From a virus: a stretch of 64,000 bases of DNA. Under the pieces are notes generated by a model, which was given only the letters and a program-made list of their open reading frames with translations, was not told where the DNA came from and made no database searches. Each line of letters starts with the position of its first letter. The stretch's first letter is position 1. Shown here piece by piece: positions 39,182 through 48,216 of this stretch. The position numbers were made by a program, and so were the translations under genes. The stretch is from IMG/VR virus record IMGVR_UViG_3300034061_002572, positions 58,644 through 122,643 of that record; one strand, 5' to 3'.

Positions 39182-41314
39182 TTAATAGAATGCATTCCAA
39201 GTAGTCCCATTATAACCATAATGTTTATTTAGTGTTACGTCATAAACAATTAAACCAGCTGCCGGAGTAGCTATTGCATTTCTTTGAACTGAAGTCATTC
39301 TTGGTGGAAGGAAACCTTGAGTAGTTGAATCAACTTGCAATCTTGCACTTGCGTTTGGAGTTGCAGTACCGACAGCAACACTCCCGCTGGTTGATCCAAA
39401 AACAACATCTCCAGTAGTTGTTTCTATTGCTCTATGAGTAACTCCAGTCGTTGAGGTTAATGTTGGATGGTAATATAAACCTCTTATTGTACTTGTTCCA
39501 CCAGTTACATTAATAGTTGGATTAATGGTTAACATTCTTGTGTCAGTTGTACTTCCAGTAGCGTGTGAAATACCGTTTGCAATTCTTACAAGATTACGAG
39601 TAGCATTTGCTGTATTATAAACATTTAAAGCAGATAAGGAAATTGCATTTGTTGCATCTCTACCACCAGCAATATTTAATTCACTAAGATTACTAAAAGC
39701 ATACCAAGTATTAAATAAAACACTACCATTTTCTTGAACTCTAAATCTTTCTGTTGTAGTATTCCAAACACTAAATGAAGTTCCGCTTCCACCTAAGTTA
39801 GAAACAATCCTTTCAGCACCTGCAACATCTAAAGCAACAGTTGGACTTGTTATACCAATACCAACCCTACCACTTGTTGATCCAAAAATAACATCACCTC
39901 TTACAGTTTCAATAGCTCTATGTGTACCAGTATATGTTACTGAAGATGGGTTATAATAAAAACCTCTTGCTACTCCTGCATAGGTACCGCTATGGTTAAC
40001 TGAATTAGTTATGACAATAGAAGAATAATCAGTTGCTCCAGAAGTAGCTGTTTGTAGTGATGTTACATTAAACCCGACTTGATCAACTGTAGAAGTTACT
40101 GAAATTCTTCTTGCTGCAATAATTGCTTGTTCAGTATTAATTACGTTAGTTGGACCAAATGTAAAAACATTTCCTATTCCACCTGGAGATGTTGTTCTTA
40201 TTCTCCAACTATTAGCAGCAAGAGTTTCAAAAACAAGCGCACTTATAGAAACAGGGTTAGACATTCTGATATTTCCATTAACATCTAATGTAGTTGTAGG
40301 AGTTGCATTATTAATACCTAACCGGTTATTAGTATTATCCCAAAATAAATTAGGGCTTTGACTTAATTGGTTTGCTGTGTTTTGAAAAAGTATTCTGCCT
40401 GATGTTCCACTAAATAGTGGTGTTGAGTTAATAGTTAAATTAGAAAGTTTATTATTAAAAGTAGTCCAATCAGCAGAACTTAAAGCTCCTCTGTTAGTAG
40501 CAGAAGCTGTTGGAAGATTGAGGGTATGTGTATTACCTACAGAACTAATACCAAAGTTAGTACCAGAGGTTCCTGTTCCTAAAAATTGTACTTGATCCGT
40601 AAGACCATTTAATGCTGTTAAACCTGTAGTGAATGTAGTTACTATTTGACAAAGAGTATTTCCTTGTGTATTTAAAGTAATAGTGTTACCACTAGTAATT
40701 ACATACACTCTAAATGCTAATCTATCCGTTAATGTTAGTACTGTTTGAGGAACAGCTAATGTAGTTGTATATAAATCAAGAGTTGTACCACCTGTGATTT
40801 CTTTAGAATTAGAAGATGAACTTGCAATTAATGTAAAGGCTGTTCCATCATATTTATAAAGCTCAACGTAAAATCTTGGATTACCTGTATTAGTTGAAGC
40901 TGCAAAATATAAACTACAATTCCAGTTACCAGATGGTATTAATAATTTATTAGGATCTCCAACATCTGTAATAAAAGATGCAATATATCCATCCGCAACT
41001 ATACTAAAAGTAGCTGGAGAACCAACTACTGCAGTTTTACTTGCTTGATAATATGTGTTACCTGCAAAGATTCCCTGGTTTGTTCCACCGTTAAGATAAT
41101 AATTTACAGAAGCTCCTCCTCCAGTTGTACTTGGAAAACTTGCTAGTGATCCATCACCTCTTACATATTCAGATACTGAACCTGCTCCTGTAACAGCTAA
41201 TGTTCCAGAAGATGTTACAGGATTACCTGAAACATTAAAAGCAGACGGCATTGTTAAATCTACACTTGTAACACTACCACTGCTTCCAGAACTAATATTT
41301 ATTTCTGTACTCAT
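39182..41314 (-). CDS. Tail fibre protein
   Basis: 710 aa; WDNTNNRLGI and VGIGITSP repeats; C-terminal GFLPPRMT..QRNAIATPAAGLIVYD. Confidence 0.7.
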   Translation of the reverse strand: MSTEINISSGSSGSVTSVDLTMPSAFNVSGNPVTSSGTLAVTGAGSVSEYVRGDGSLASFPSTTGGGASVNYYLNGGTNQGIFAGNTYYQASKTAVVGSPATFSIVADGYIASFITDVGDPNKLLIPSGNWNCSLYFAASTNTGNPRFYVELYKYDGTAFTLIASSSSNSKEITGGTTLDLYTTTLAVPQTVLTLTDRLAFRVYVITSGNTITLNTQGNTLCQIVTTFTTGLTALNGLTDQVQFLGTGTSGTNFGISSVGNTHTLNLPTASATNRGALSSADWTTFNNKLSNLTINSTPLFSGTSGRILFQNTANQLSQSPNLFWDNTNNRLGINNATPTTTLDVNGNIRMSNPVSISALVFETLAANSWRIRTTSPGGIGNVFTFGPTNVINTEQAIIAARRISVTSTVDQVGFNVTSLQTATSGATDYSSIVITNSVNHSGTYAGVARGFYYNPSSVTYTGTHRAIETVRGDVIFGSTSGRVGIGITSPTVALDVAGAERIVSNLGGSGTSFSVWNTTTERFRVQENGSVLFNTWYAFSNLSELNIAGGRDATNAISLSALNVYNTANATRNLVRIANGISHATGSTTDTRMLTINPTINVTGGTSTIRGLYYHPTLTSTTGVTHRAIETTTGDVVFGSTSGSVAVGTATPNASARLQVDSTTQGFLPPRMTSVQRNAIATPAAGLIVYDVTLNKHYGYNGTTWNAFY

Positions 41315-41323
41315 TATTAAATT

Positions 41324-42574
41324 TTATCTGCTTACTTCTTCCCAGTCTACTGAAACATAAGAACCTAAAACTCCACCAATTGCATCAATTGCCATTTCAA
41401 CTACTAGTTCAAAAGCTGTTCCTGTAAAAGTGTTTCTTTCCAATTGAGTTGAGAATAAAGCTTCTTTTAATATATTAATACTTGGAGAACCTTGATTGGA
41501 GGAATTAACATATCCTTGCGCTAATACTCTACCACCTGTAACAGATGCTCCTGTAAGGTTATATTCTACAGATGAATCTGCACTTGCCGGATTCCAAGAT
41601 CCACCTGTTATAGTAGCTCCATTTACAACTCTCCATGCATAATTTTTACCGTTACCTAATCCTAATATAGATATTGCTGTAACTATAACTACAGCATCTA
41701 ATGTAGTAGCTTTAAGTCTAATTCCTACAGATGGATAATAAGTTCCTGCTACAGCAAATGTCATAGGAGCAGTAATAGAAGTTCCAACTGCTAGCTGTGC
41801 ACCTCTTAACTCATAACCTCCTTCTGATATAACAGTAGAACAAACTTGTTTTAATGTACTTGGATTAGCTGTCAATCCTGTATTAGAAATCTCATATCTT
41901 AAAGGTAATGAAGCTGTGGTAATATAAGTAGAAGCTATTAAGTTAGCATGATTAAATCTATGGCATACTATAAAAATACCATCAATAACAAATCCTAGTC
42001 TTACAGTTCCTTCTCCTAACCACTCAATATCCATAAAAAGAATCTGAGCTTTTGTTATATCAAGAGTTACTCCAGATGGACCATTACCATCTAATACATC
42101 TGCATTCCAAGCAGCTTGATTTACAATGCTTTCAGTTACTATTCCTGTTACTACACTTCTTTCTACAAAGCTTAATGTGGAATTATTTAGCTGAAGATAT
42201 AAACCATTTTCTGTTCCAAAATAACCTACTCTTTGTCTAAGATTATTTTGAGCAGGAGCCATTACAAATGTATTAAACACAAGTAATGACTTACCTGGTT
42301 GATAAGAAAATACTTTTGCTGTTTCTCTAAGGGCTTGAGACCCATTAGCAGTAGTTACATTTAAATTTACTAAACCTTCATTTGCACTAAAAATAGCAGT
42401 TCCTCCAATAGTTGTAGCTGTATTCCAAAGACCATTATCTTTATATCTATGAGAAGAATCAAATAATGTCAATGGAGAAGATACTCTTATTCTACCAAAT
42501 GCATCAGCCAACATTGGATCATTAACCAATATTGATTGATTAGAATTACTAGAAGTAGATACTATAGTACTCAT
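41324..42574 (-). CDS. Putative virion lectin-like protein
   Basis: 416 aa; DAFGRIRVS, FSYQPGKS and DIEWLG.G.VR.GF phage family motifs. Confidence 0.5.
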   Translation of the reverse strand: MSTIVSTSSNSNQSILVNDPMLADAFGRIRVSSPLTLFDSSHRYKDNGLWNTATTIGGTAIFSANEGLVNLNVTTANGSQALRETAKVFSYQPGKSLLVFNTFVMAPAQNNLRQRVGYFGTENGLYLQLNNSTLSFVERSVVTGIVTESIVNQAAWNADVLDGNGPSGVTLDITKAQILFMDIEWLGEGTVRLGFVIDGIFIVCHRFNHANLIASTYITTASLPLRYEISNTGLTANPSTLKQVCSTVISEGGYELRGAQLAVGTSITAPMTFAVAGTYYPSVGIRLKATTLDAVVIVTAISILGLGNGKNYAWRVVNGATITGGSWNPASADSSVEYNLTGASVTGGRVLAQGYVNSSNQGSPSINILKEALFSTQLERNTFTGTAFELVVEMAIDAIGGVLGSYVSVDWEEVSR

Positions 42575-43059
42575 TATGTAAGAGTAATGATAATTAACTC
42601 AGCACCAGCTGTTGATGTACTATATGTTATTCCACTTAATGTATTATTGATAGCTCCAGCATCAAAGTTTAATGTTTCACCCGACTTCAATGTAATACCT
42701 CCAACAGTAGCATCTGCTGTTCCAACACTTGCAAAAGATACTGAATATGCTCCAGCAGCAATAATACCTGGTCCAGGGCTAGCTGAAGATGGTCTTAAAA
42801 ATGTAGGAGTTCTTTCTACTCCGGTGCCGCCTACAACAGTAACTTGACTATTTGTTAAATGTACATTTAGTGAATCTATACCATCATCATCAGTAGTACT
42901 TAATGCTGTACCATCTGCACAAATTGATACTGAATCTTCTACACAAGTTAATGGAGCTGAGGTAGCATCAGCTATTGCTTGCAATCCTTGAAGCATTTTC
43001 CATTGCCAAGGAAAGTTATTACCTTGGTTTCCTGTATCTTTTAAATTTCCTATTGACAT
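42574..43059 (-). CDS. Hypothetical virion protein
   Basis: 161 aa; downstream of a late-type motif at 43084. Confidence 0.55.
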   Translation of the reverse strand: MSIGNLKDTGNQGNNFPWQWKMLQGLQAIADATSAPLTCVEDSVSICADGTALSTTDDDGIDSLNVHLTNSQVTVVGGTGVERTPTFLRPSSASPGPGIIAAGAYSVSFASVGTADATVGGITLKSGETLNFDAGAINNTLSGITYSTSTAGAELIIITLT

Positions 43060-43118
43060 AATAATGAGATTATAGTATATCTTTAATATACAAAAAAATA
43101 TTCAGATAAACAAATTAA

Positions 43119-43952
43119 TTATGCAGACAGAGTGAGTTGTATGTTTTCTTTTGCTAGCCTTAATGTTACTTTATCTTCAGTAAGTTTTTCTCTTTTGCAT
43201 TGCGCTAATAAATGTGTATAACCTAATTTTTCTGCTAGCTTATCATCTATAGTTTCTGTATGAGGATCAGTATCATCATAATGTGTTAGTAATCCAACAC
43301 TGTAATTATAGTAATCACATAGACATCCTACATATTGTTGTTCATATGTTAAACAAGATAGTAAACCTGTATCAGGATAACCATTGTATTGCTTTAAATA
43401 TTCAACATGCTTTACTGAAGCTTCCCACCATTCATCTAAAAAATTCAGTTTATTAAAACCTAATAACCCACAGTTATAAGCCCGTAAGACTTCAGTATCA
43501 TACCACTCTGGTTTCTGTTTATAATTAGCAGCATCAAAATGCATCATATCATGATAAAAAGGCCAATTCTTTCTTTCAGAAGATTGGAATACAGCATCTT
43601 TACTTAAAAAAGAATCAGGTAGTTTTTTAAATAAAATGACATCATTATCAATATGAATAAAAGGTTTATCTTGGATTTTACATGCATAGATTTTACCTAA
43701 AGACCAGTCCCGTACTGAAGTATCTTTTAATGCTTCTTCAAGTTCTGTACTAATAGAGTCAAAGGTTAAACCATATTTTTCTATAAGTTTTTTTCCTTTG
43801 ATGTCAGTTATAAAATGTATTTCTTTAAACCACTTTTTAGAATAATGTAAAGACAATGCAAAACATTCCATTAAAGCTTTTTCAGAATTAAAACCAACAT
43901 ATCCTTGTGTCATTGGTTTTGTCCACAAAGAATATATAGCTCTTTCTATCAT
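43119..43952 (-). CDS. Glycosyltransferase-like protein (DUF6734-like)
   Basis: WSLGKIYA...PFIHIDNDV (DxD), YNCGLLG, YEQ, GYTHL. Confidence 0.55.
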   Translation of the reverse strand: MIERAIYSLWTKPMTQGYVGFNSEKALMECFALSLHYSKKWFKEIHFITDIKGKKLIEKYGLTFDSISTELEEALKDTSVRDWSLGKIYACKIQDKPFIHIDNDVILFKKLPDSFLSKDAVFQSSERKNWPFYHDMMHFDAANYKQKPEWYDTEVLRAYNCGLLGFNKLNFLDEWWEASVKHVEYLKQYNGYPDTGLLSCLTYEQQYVGCLCDYYNYSVGLLTHYDDTDPHTETIDDKLAEKLGYTHLLAQCKREKLTEDKVTLRLAKENIQLTLSA

Positions 43953-43953
43953 A

Positions 43954-45447
43954 CTATAAGTTATTTACTCCAATACCTCCTGAACCTGAATAATAATAAG
44001 ACTGTGGTTGGTATTCTAATATTTCTACATACACACTAGAATCTGGTGAACCTAGTAAATCACTGTAGTTATTTAAAGGTTCTATTGTTAATGCTCCGGT
44101 AGAATCTATTGTTACTGGAAAGAAATCTATGTTAGTTTCTGCTGTAACAGCTCTTTTAACTATTAGATTTTTCTGAAACAATGTTGGTATAGAATTATCA
44201 TAATCACTTACATCATATCCTGGAGTGAGTTTAATGTGTGTTGGATACCAAGGCCTTGCTGTAGCCAATTTAGCTTCATAATAAACATTTGTACCATCAA
44301 GTTTAGATAACCAATAAACATCTGTTCCTAATGAATTTTCTAAAACATCTGTGTAAATTATTTCAACAGTTTCTGGAAGATATGGTGCAATATCACTAGA
44401 ATTAAGATCTAGTCTATAAACGGCCCATGCACCTTCTCCAACATTACCTTTTGCCTCCCAAGTACTATTTGATGAATCACCCCCAGGTAGTATTGAAGCA
44501 TTAAATATAGCATCTGTATTATTGTAAAGAGTTTCTCTTAAGTTTTGAGCTAACCAGATTTGTGTACCTATTTTAACTGTTACATATACAGTACCATCAT
44601 TACCTGTATATGGATCAAGTGAACTGGTATCTGAAGTATCTCCATCAGTAAGAAGAAGTTCACTAGCTGTTGCTTCTCTTACTAAACGTACTGAATACCC
44701 TAGTGATTTTGTTGCAAAAATTTCTTCAGTTGAAAAAGAGAAGTTTAATCCTATAGCTTTGGCTAGTGACCCTGGGTTTGTACTACTCCAAAATATACCT
44801 CTGCTACCTATGGAAATGAATGGTCCAAATGTAAGTCTTAAGCCACCACCTACTGCATTAAAGTTATAATCATCAGTTCCTCCACCATTATATAACCATC
44901 CGTAATATACAGGAGGATTTCCATCTAGGTTACTTTTTAATTTTCCACCTGCTACACTACTTCCACCAGCAAATGTTGTTAATGTATTCCAATCTGTATC
45001 ACTAGGTGCTCTCCATTGATTAGGTGCAACAAGTCCGGTGCCACCATCTGGATTTGCTAATCCTCTTGCATCACCCACTGCATACCAGTTATAAAGAAAA
45101 CCATATCCTGGCCAGTCTATTTCACCAGCAGTTAACTTAGCTCTATAAGCTTTGTATGGTATTTCTGGTTTTAATGTTATTGTGGCATTCGGACTTGATC
45201 CGGAAACTGTTACTAAAGAACTTGGTCCTATTTGAATACTATTTGACAATATTCCATTAACTAAGATTTCACTAGTTCCACCGCCACCAATTTGAGTAGC
45301 AAGATCATTATAGGAAATAGCTACAGTAGTATACTTATCATCTCTAGGTTCAGTTCTAATTCCTACCGGAACTAGAGCATTATCTGGTACAGATGTTACT
45401 ATTCTTCTCTTGCTTGCTATCCAGCTTATAAAATTTAAAATGTCCAT
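43954..45447 (-). CDS. Virion protein with a circularly permuted FISUMP-like domain
   Basis: YGFLYNWYAV...AGGKLKS...FWSST...GYSVRLVRE precedes TVKIGTQIWLAQNLRET. Confidence 0.7.
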   Translation of the reverse strand: MDILNFISWIASKRRIVTSVPDNALVPVGIRTEPRDDKYTTVAISYNDLATQIGGGGTSEILVNGILSNSIQIGPSSLVTVSGSSPNATITLKPEIPYKAYRAKLTAGEIDWPGYGFLYNWYAVGDARGLANPDGGTGLVAPNQWRAPSDTDWNTLTTFAGGSSVAGGKLKSNLDGNPPVYYGWLYNGGGTDDYNFNAVGGGLRLTFGPFISIGSRGIFWSSTNPGSLAKAIGLNFSFSTEEIFATKSLGYSVRLVREATASELLLTDGDTSDTSSLDPYTGNDGTVYVTVKIGTQIWLAQNLRETLYNNTDAIFNASILPGGDSSNSTWEAKGNVGEGAWAVYRLDLNSSDIAPYLPETVEIIYTDVLENSLGTDVYWLSKLDGTNVYYEAKLATARPWYPTHIKLTPGYDVSDYDNSIPTLFQKNLIVKRAVTAETNIDFFPVTIDSTGALTIEPLNNYSDLLGSPDSSVYVEILEYQPQSYYYSGSGGIGVNNL

Positions 45448-45455
45448 TGTGTTTA

Positions 45456-46007
45456 TTAATTAATTGTGTATAGTTCATAGTAAACATACAATGCTCCGGT
45501 CCAGTTATTAACACCAGCTAATGTAGGGTTAGCATTATAAAGATTAAACTCTAATCCAGTTGCAATACCAGTAGATATTAAGTATGGAATAGCATTATCA
45601 GTTATAGTGTTTTTATAGTATACAGAATACTGTACATATATATTATCTCTGTTAGCTATAGTAAGATCTAGATCTGGATTATCAATTATAAAGGATACTG
45701 AACTAGCAAAAGCTATATCAGGAGTTAAAAGAACAGATGATCCCATACCTAGAATATCAATAATACCACGTGGAGTATCTACTGTTACAACACTAGTAGC
45801 TGTAATATCTAATTCATAATGTTTAGTATTAGCCGTGCATCCAGATTGTGTTGCATCAGCAAGAGTCATTGCATATGATTGATAACCATCACCGCGTTGA
45901 GTAAAAGGTACTTCAGCACCAAGTACTACTAAATCTGTGTTAGCATTATTTGCTTTTGTTTTGATTAGTTGCTGTGATTTTAAATACAGCCAGTTTAAAA
46001 TATCCAT
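45456..46007 (-). CDS. Hypothetical virion protein; N-terminus similar to 43954
   Basis: Shared MDILN(W/F)...R.D.Y..A N-terminal segment. Confidence 0.6.
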   Translation of the reverse strand: MDILNWLYLKSQQLIKTKANNANTDLVVLGAEVPFTQRGDGYQSYAMTLADATQSGCTANTKHYELDITATSVVTVDTPRGIIDILGMGSSVLLTPDIAFASSVSFIIDNPDLDLTIANRDNIYVQYSVYYKNTITDNAIPYLISTGIATGLEFNLYNANPTLAGVNNWTGALYVYYELYTIN

Positions 46008-46027
46008 TTTATATTAAGTTTAAGAGA

Positions 46028-46462
46028 TTAAGCTGCAGGAATCCAATCAAAAAATACCTGATTTGGATTTTGACAGTTTCCTACTAACAAGTTTGTATCA
46101 ATAATCACTTCAAGTGTAGAAGGACCTGTTAACAACCATGTATATCCAGGATAGTTAAAATTGGTAGTTAACCAATCAAGTAATTCTGTATAAGTGACTA
46201 TTGTAGCTGGAGGAATATTAAACACACCATGTTTTAAATCAAGGTATGGTGGACCATCTAAACATCTAGTTACAAGAAATACACCACCAACAACACCAGT
46301 TAGTGGTAGTTCAATATCTGCAACAACTAATTGTACTGTTCCTTCACCATTTTCACAAATTTCATTTTTTAAAGCTTGGATAGGTTTATTTCCAAACTGA
46401 TATGTTTGCCACCCAAATTTTGGATTTTTTAGGATGGGGTTTTTATATTCCGGCATGCTCAT
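46028..46462 (-). CDS. Hypothetical protein
   Basis: 144 aa; late-type motif at 46490. Confidence 0.6.
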   Translation of the reverse strand: MSMPEYKNPILKNPKFGWQTYQFGNKPIQALKNEICENGEGTVQLVVADIELPLTGVVGGVFLVTRCLDGPPYLDLKHGVFNIPPATIVTYTELLDWLTTNFNYPGYTWLLTGPSTLEVIIDTNLLVGNCQNPNQVFFDWIPAA

Positions 46463-46512
46463 GATTATTATTTTTATAATTATACACTATAATATACTAA
46501 AAATATTTGAAT

Positions 46513-46545
46513 AAAAAAAATCCCCGGAGAAATTTCCAGGGATTT
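46513..46545 (-). terminator. Intrinsic terminator
   Basis: A-tract plus ATCCCCGGA...TCCAGGGAT. Confidence 0.7.
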
Positions 46546-46591
46546 AACATTCTAGCATAATGTATAAATTAATCGTATAAGGGAGAAAACA

Positions 46592-46789
46592 CTAGAATAT
46601 AATTTTACCAAGTAGGATAGATAAAGCTATAATAATTCCAATGATTAGGTTAGATATTTGTCTACCCATTGGATCATCTTCATAATAGTTCTGCATTTTG
46701 TTCAATATAGGCTTACTAAATACATTAACCAGATACCATAGTACCACTATGAATCCAAATATTACAAGTATACCTAATGCTTTAAACAT
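46592..46789 (-). CDS. Small two-TM membrane protein
   Basis: 65 aa; TATATTTG box 4 nt upstream of the ATG (near-leaderless). Confidence 0.6.
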   Translation of the reverse strand: MFKALGILVIFGFIVVLWYLVNVFSKPILNKMQNYYEDDPMGRQISNLIIGIIIALSILLGKIIF

Positions 46790-46811
46790 AAGACAAATAT
46801 ATAAAGAATTT

Positions 46812-47150
46812 TTATTTATCCAAACTTTCTATTCTTTTTTTAAGATAAACCATGGCTTTTTCAAGATCTTCTTTATATCTACTAGAATCTTTTTTACCGG
46901 CCCGGGCAACATATTTAATAACATTACCCAAGTAGAAGTCTTTATCTAAACCCCATTCTTCAAGAACCCGGAATACTTCATATGGATTATCTTTACCACC
47001 ATAATATCCAGGTCTAGGACCTTCATCTAGTCTAACTATTCTATTTGTAAGATCTTTGGGATATCCATTAATATAAGAAAGTCTATCAGTAATTCCACTT
47101 GCCATATAGGTGTAAGGAGAAGCTGGAGTATTTTTCTTTTCATTGCTCAT
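46812..47150 (-). CDS. DUF3310 / T7 gp1.7-like nucleotide kinase
   Basis: YYGG...YE...FYLGNVIKYVARAGKK...EDLEKA.VYL. Confidence 0.8.
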   Translation of the reverse strand: MSNEKKNTPASPYTYMASGITDRLSYINGYPKDLTNRIVRLDEGPRPGYYGGKDNPYEVFRVLEEWGLDKDFYLGNVIKYVARAGKKDSSRYKEDLEKAMVYLKKRIESLDK

Positions 47151-47152
47151 AT

Positions 47153-47446
47153 CTACCAGATTATGATAACATCTCCTTCATTAAGTACAAGTTTGATTTC
47201 TCCATTGATATCTATCCGCTCAACTTGTTCCAAATTAAGAGCTGATGTACGGACATATACTTGGTCTCCAACTTTTACTTCTTCTACTTTATCCCCTACA
47301 GCATATACAGTAAGTTTATTCCATAGCTTGGCTGCTTCCTGCATCATAGCTTCTTCATCTTTTGCTGATAGCTCAATAGCTGACTTCTTTCTTTGTGGAA
47401 CATCTAGTAAGATAGTTCTACCTCTTAGTGATTTAAATGCTGACAT
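47153..47446 (-). CDS. groES: GroES-like co-chaperonin
   Basis: 97 aa; SLRGRTILL...VYAVGDKVEEVKVGDQVY...LVLNEGDVI Cpn10 pattern. Confidence 0.7.
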   Translation of the reverse strand: MSAFKSLRGRTILLDVPQRKKSAIELSAKDEEAMMQEAAKLWNKLTVYAVGDKVEEVKVGDQVYVRTSALNLEQVERIDINGEIKLVLNEGDVIIIW

Positions 47447-47733
47447 TATTTATTCTTTAGTGTTATTACTTTTACTACTGACATTTGAGCATTTAGGATT
47501 TCCCCCAGAGCATGGTCAAATAACAAACTTTTTAGGGGCCCTCTCTCAGCTTCATAATCTTTCTTTAAGATTTCAGCCATTTCTGCTGCTAATAACTTTA
47601 CTTTAGTTACTGTAGTGTCATCCAAATTATCTGGATCTAATCCTACTAACTGATGACCAAAAGGAACAATCTTGTGTTCATGGATTTCAGGAGCATTTTC
47701 TGGTACATTGTACACTGGTTTTTCTTTACTCAT
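47446..47733 (-). CDS. Acb2/Tad1-like helical-hairpin protein (candidate nucleotide-signal sponge)
   Basis: FGHQLVGL...VTKVKLLAAEMAEIL...HALGEILNAQMSVVKVIT. Confidence 0.5.
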   Translation of the reverse strand: MSKEKPVYNVPENAPEIHEHKIVPFGHQLVGLDPDNLDDTTVTKVKLLAAEMAEILKKDYEAERGPLKSLLFDHALGEILNAQMSVVKVITLKNK

Positions 47734-47752
47734 TGTATTTGGTTTTAATTTA

Positions 47753-48061
47753 TTACGCATCATACTTTTGTTTTGTGTTTATAGGTTTATTTTCTTTTTC
47801 TTCTTCAATAGGAGCCCCCTCAATAAGGTTATACTTGATTCTTTCTAATAAACCTATAAGAGCTAGATTATCATATGCATCTTCTGCAACTCTTACTTCT
47901 ATTCCGTCTGGTTTTTCTATAATAGACACTAATAATTTATCTGACATATTTAATAATTTATTTAATTCATCATAGAGCTCCCGGGCACGTAGATTATCCA
48001 TGCCGGCATCTCTAACATCTTCAGTTAACTTTCTCCACAACAACTTTTGCTGGGCAGTCAT
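47753..48061 (-). CDS. Hypothetical protein
   Basis: ATG at 48061 (alternative start 47947); ALIGLLERIKYNL. Confidence 0.55.
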   Translation of the reverse strand: MTAQQKLLWRKLTEDVRDAGMDNLRARELYDELNKLLNMSDKLLVSIIEKPDGIEVRVAEDAYDNLALIGLLERIKYNLIEGAPIEEEKENKPINTKQKYDA

Positions 48062-48139
48062 AGTCAAATAAATAATTAGGGAGTGTTGCTCTCATAGTTT
48101 GTTGGTAACACAAATATATAAACTATTTTGATTTAAACT

Positions 48140-48200
48140 AAAAACCCCAGAAAATTTTTCTAGGGTCTTCAGTACTACCATTAAAAATTAAATTATGAAC
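48140..48200 (-). ncRNA. Candidate ~60-nt small RNA
   Basis: TATATTTG box at 48205-48212 and terminator at 48140-48167, with no ORF between them. Confidence 0.4.
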
Positions 48201-48216
48201 ACTACAAATATACAAC

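Noticed and set aside
3511-47975. Plus-strand ORFs of 60-150 aa in the structural arm (for example 6488, 9533, 22926, 31744, 42536, 47163)
   Set aside because: Antisense shadows of convincing minus-strand genes, with no initiation context or motifs
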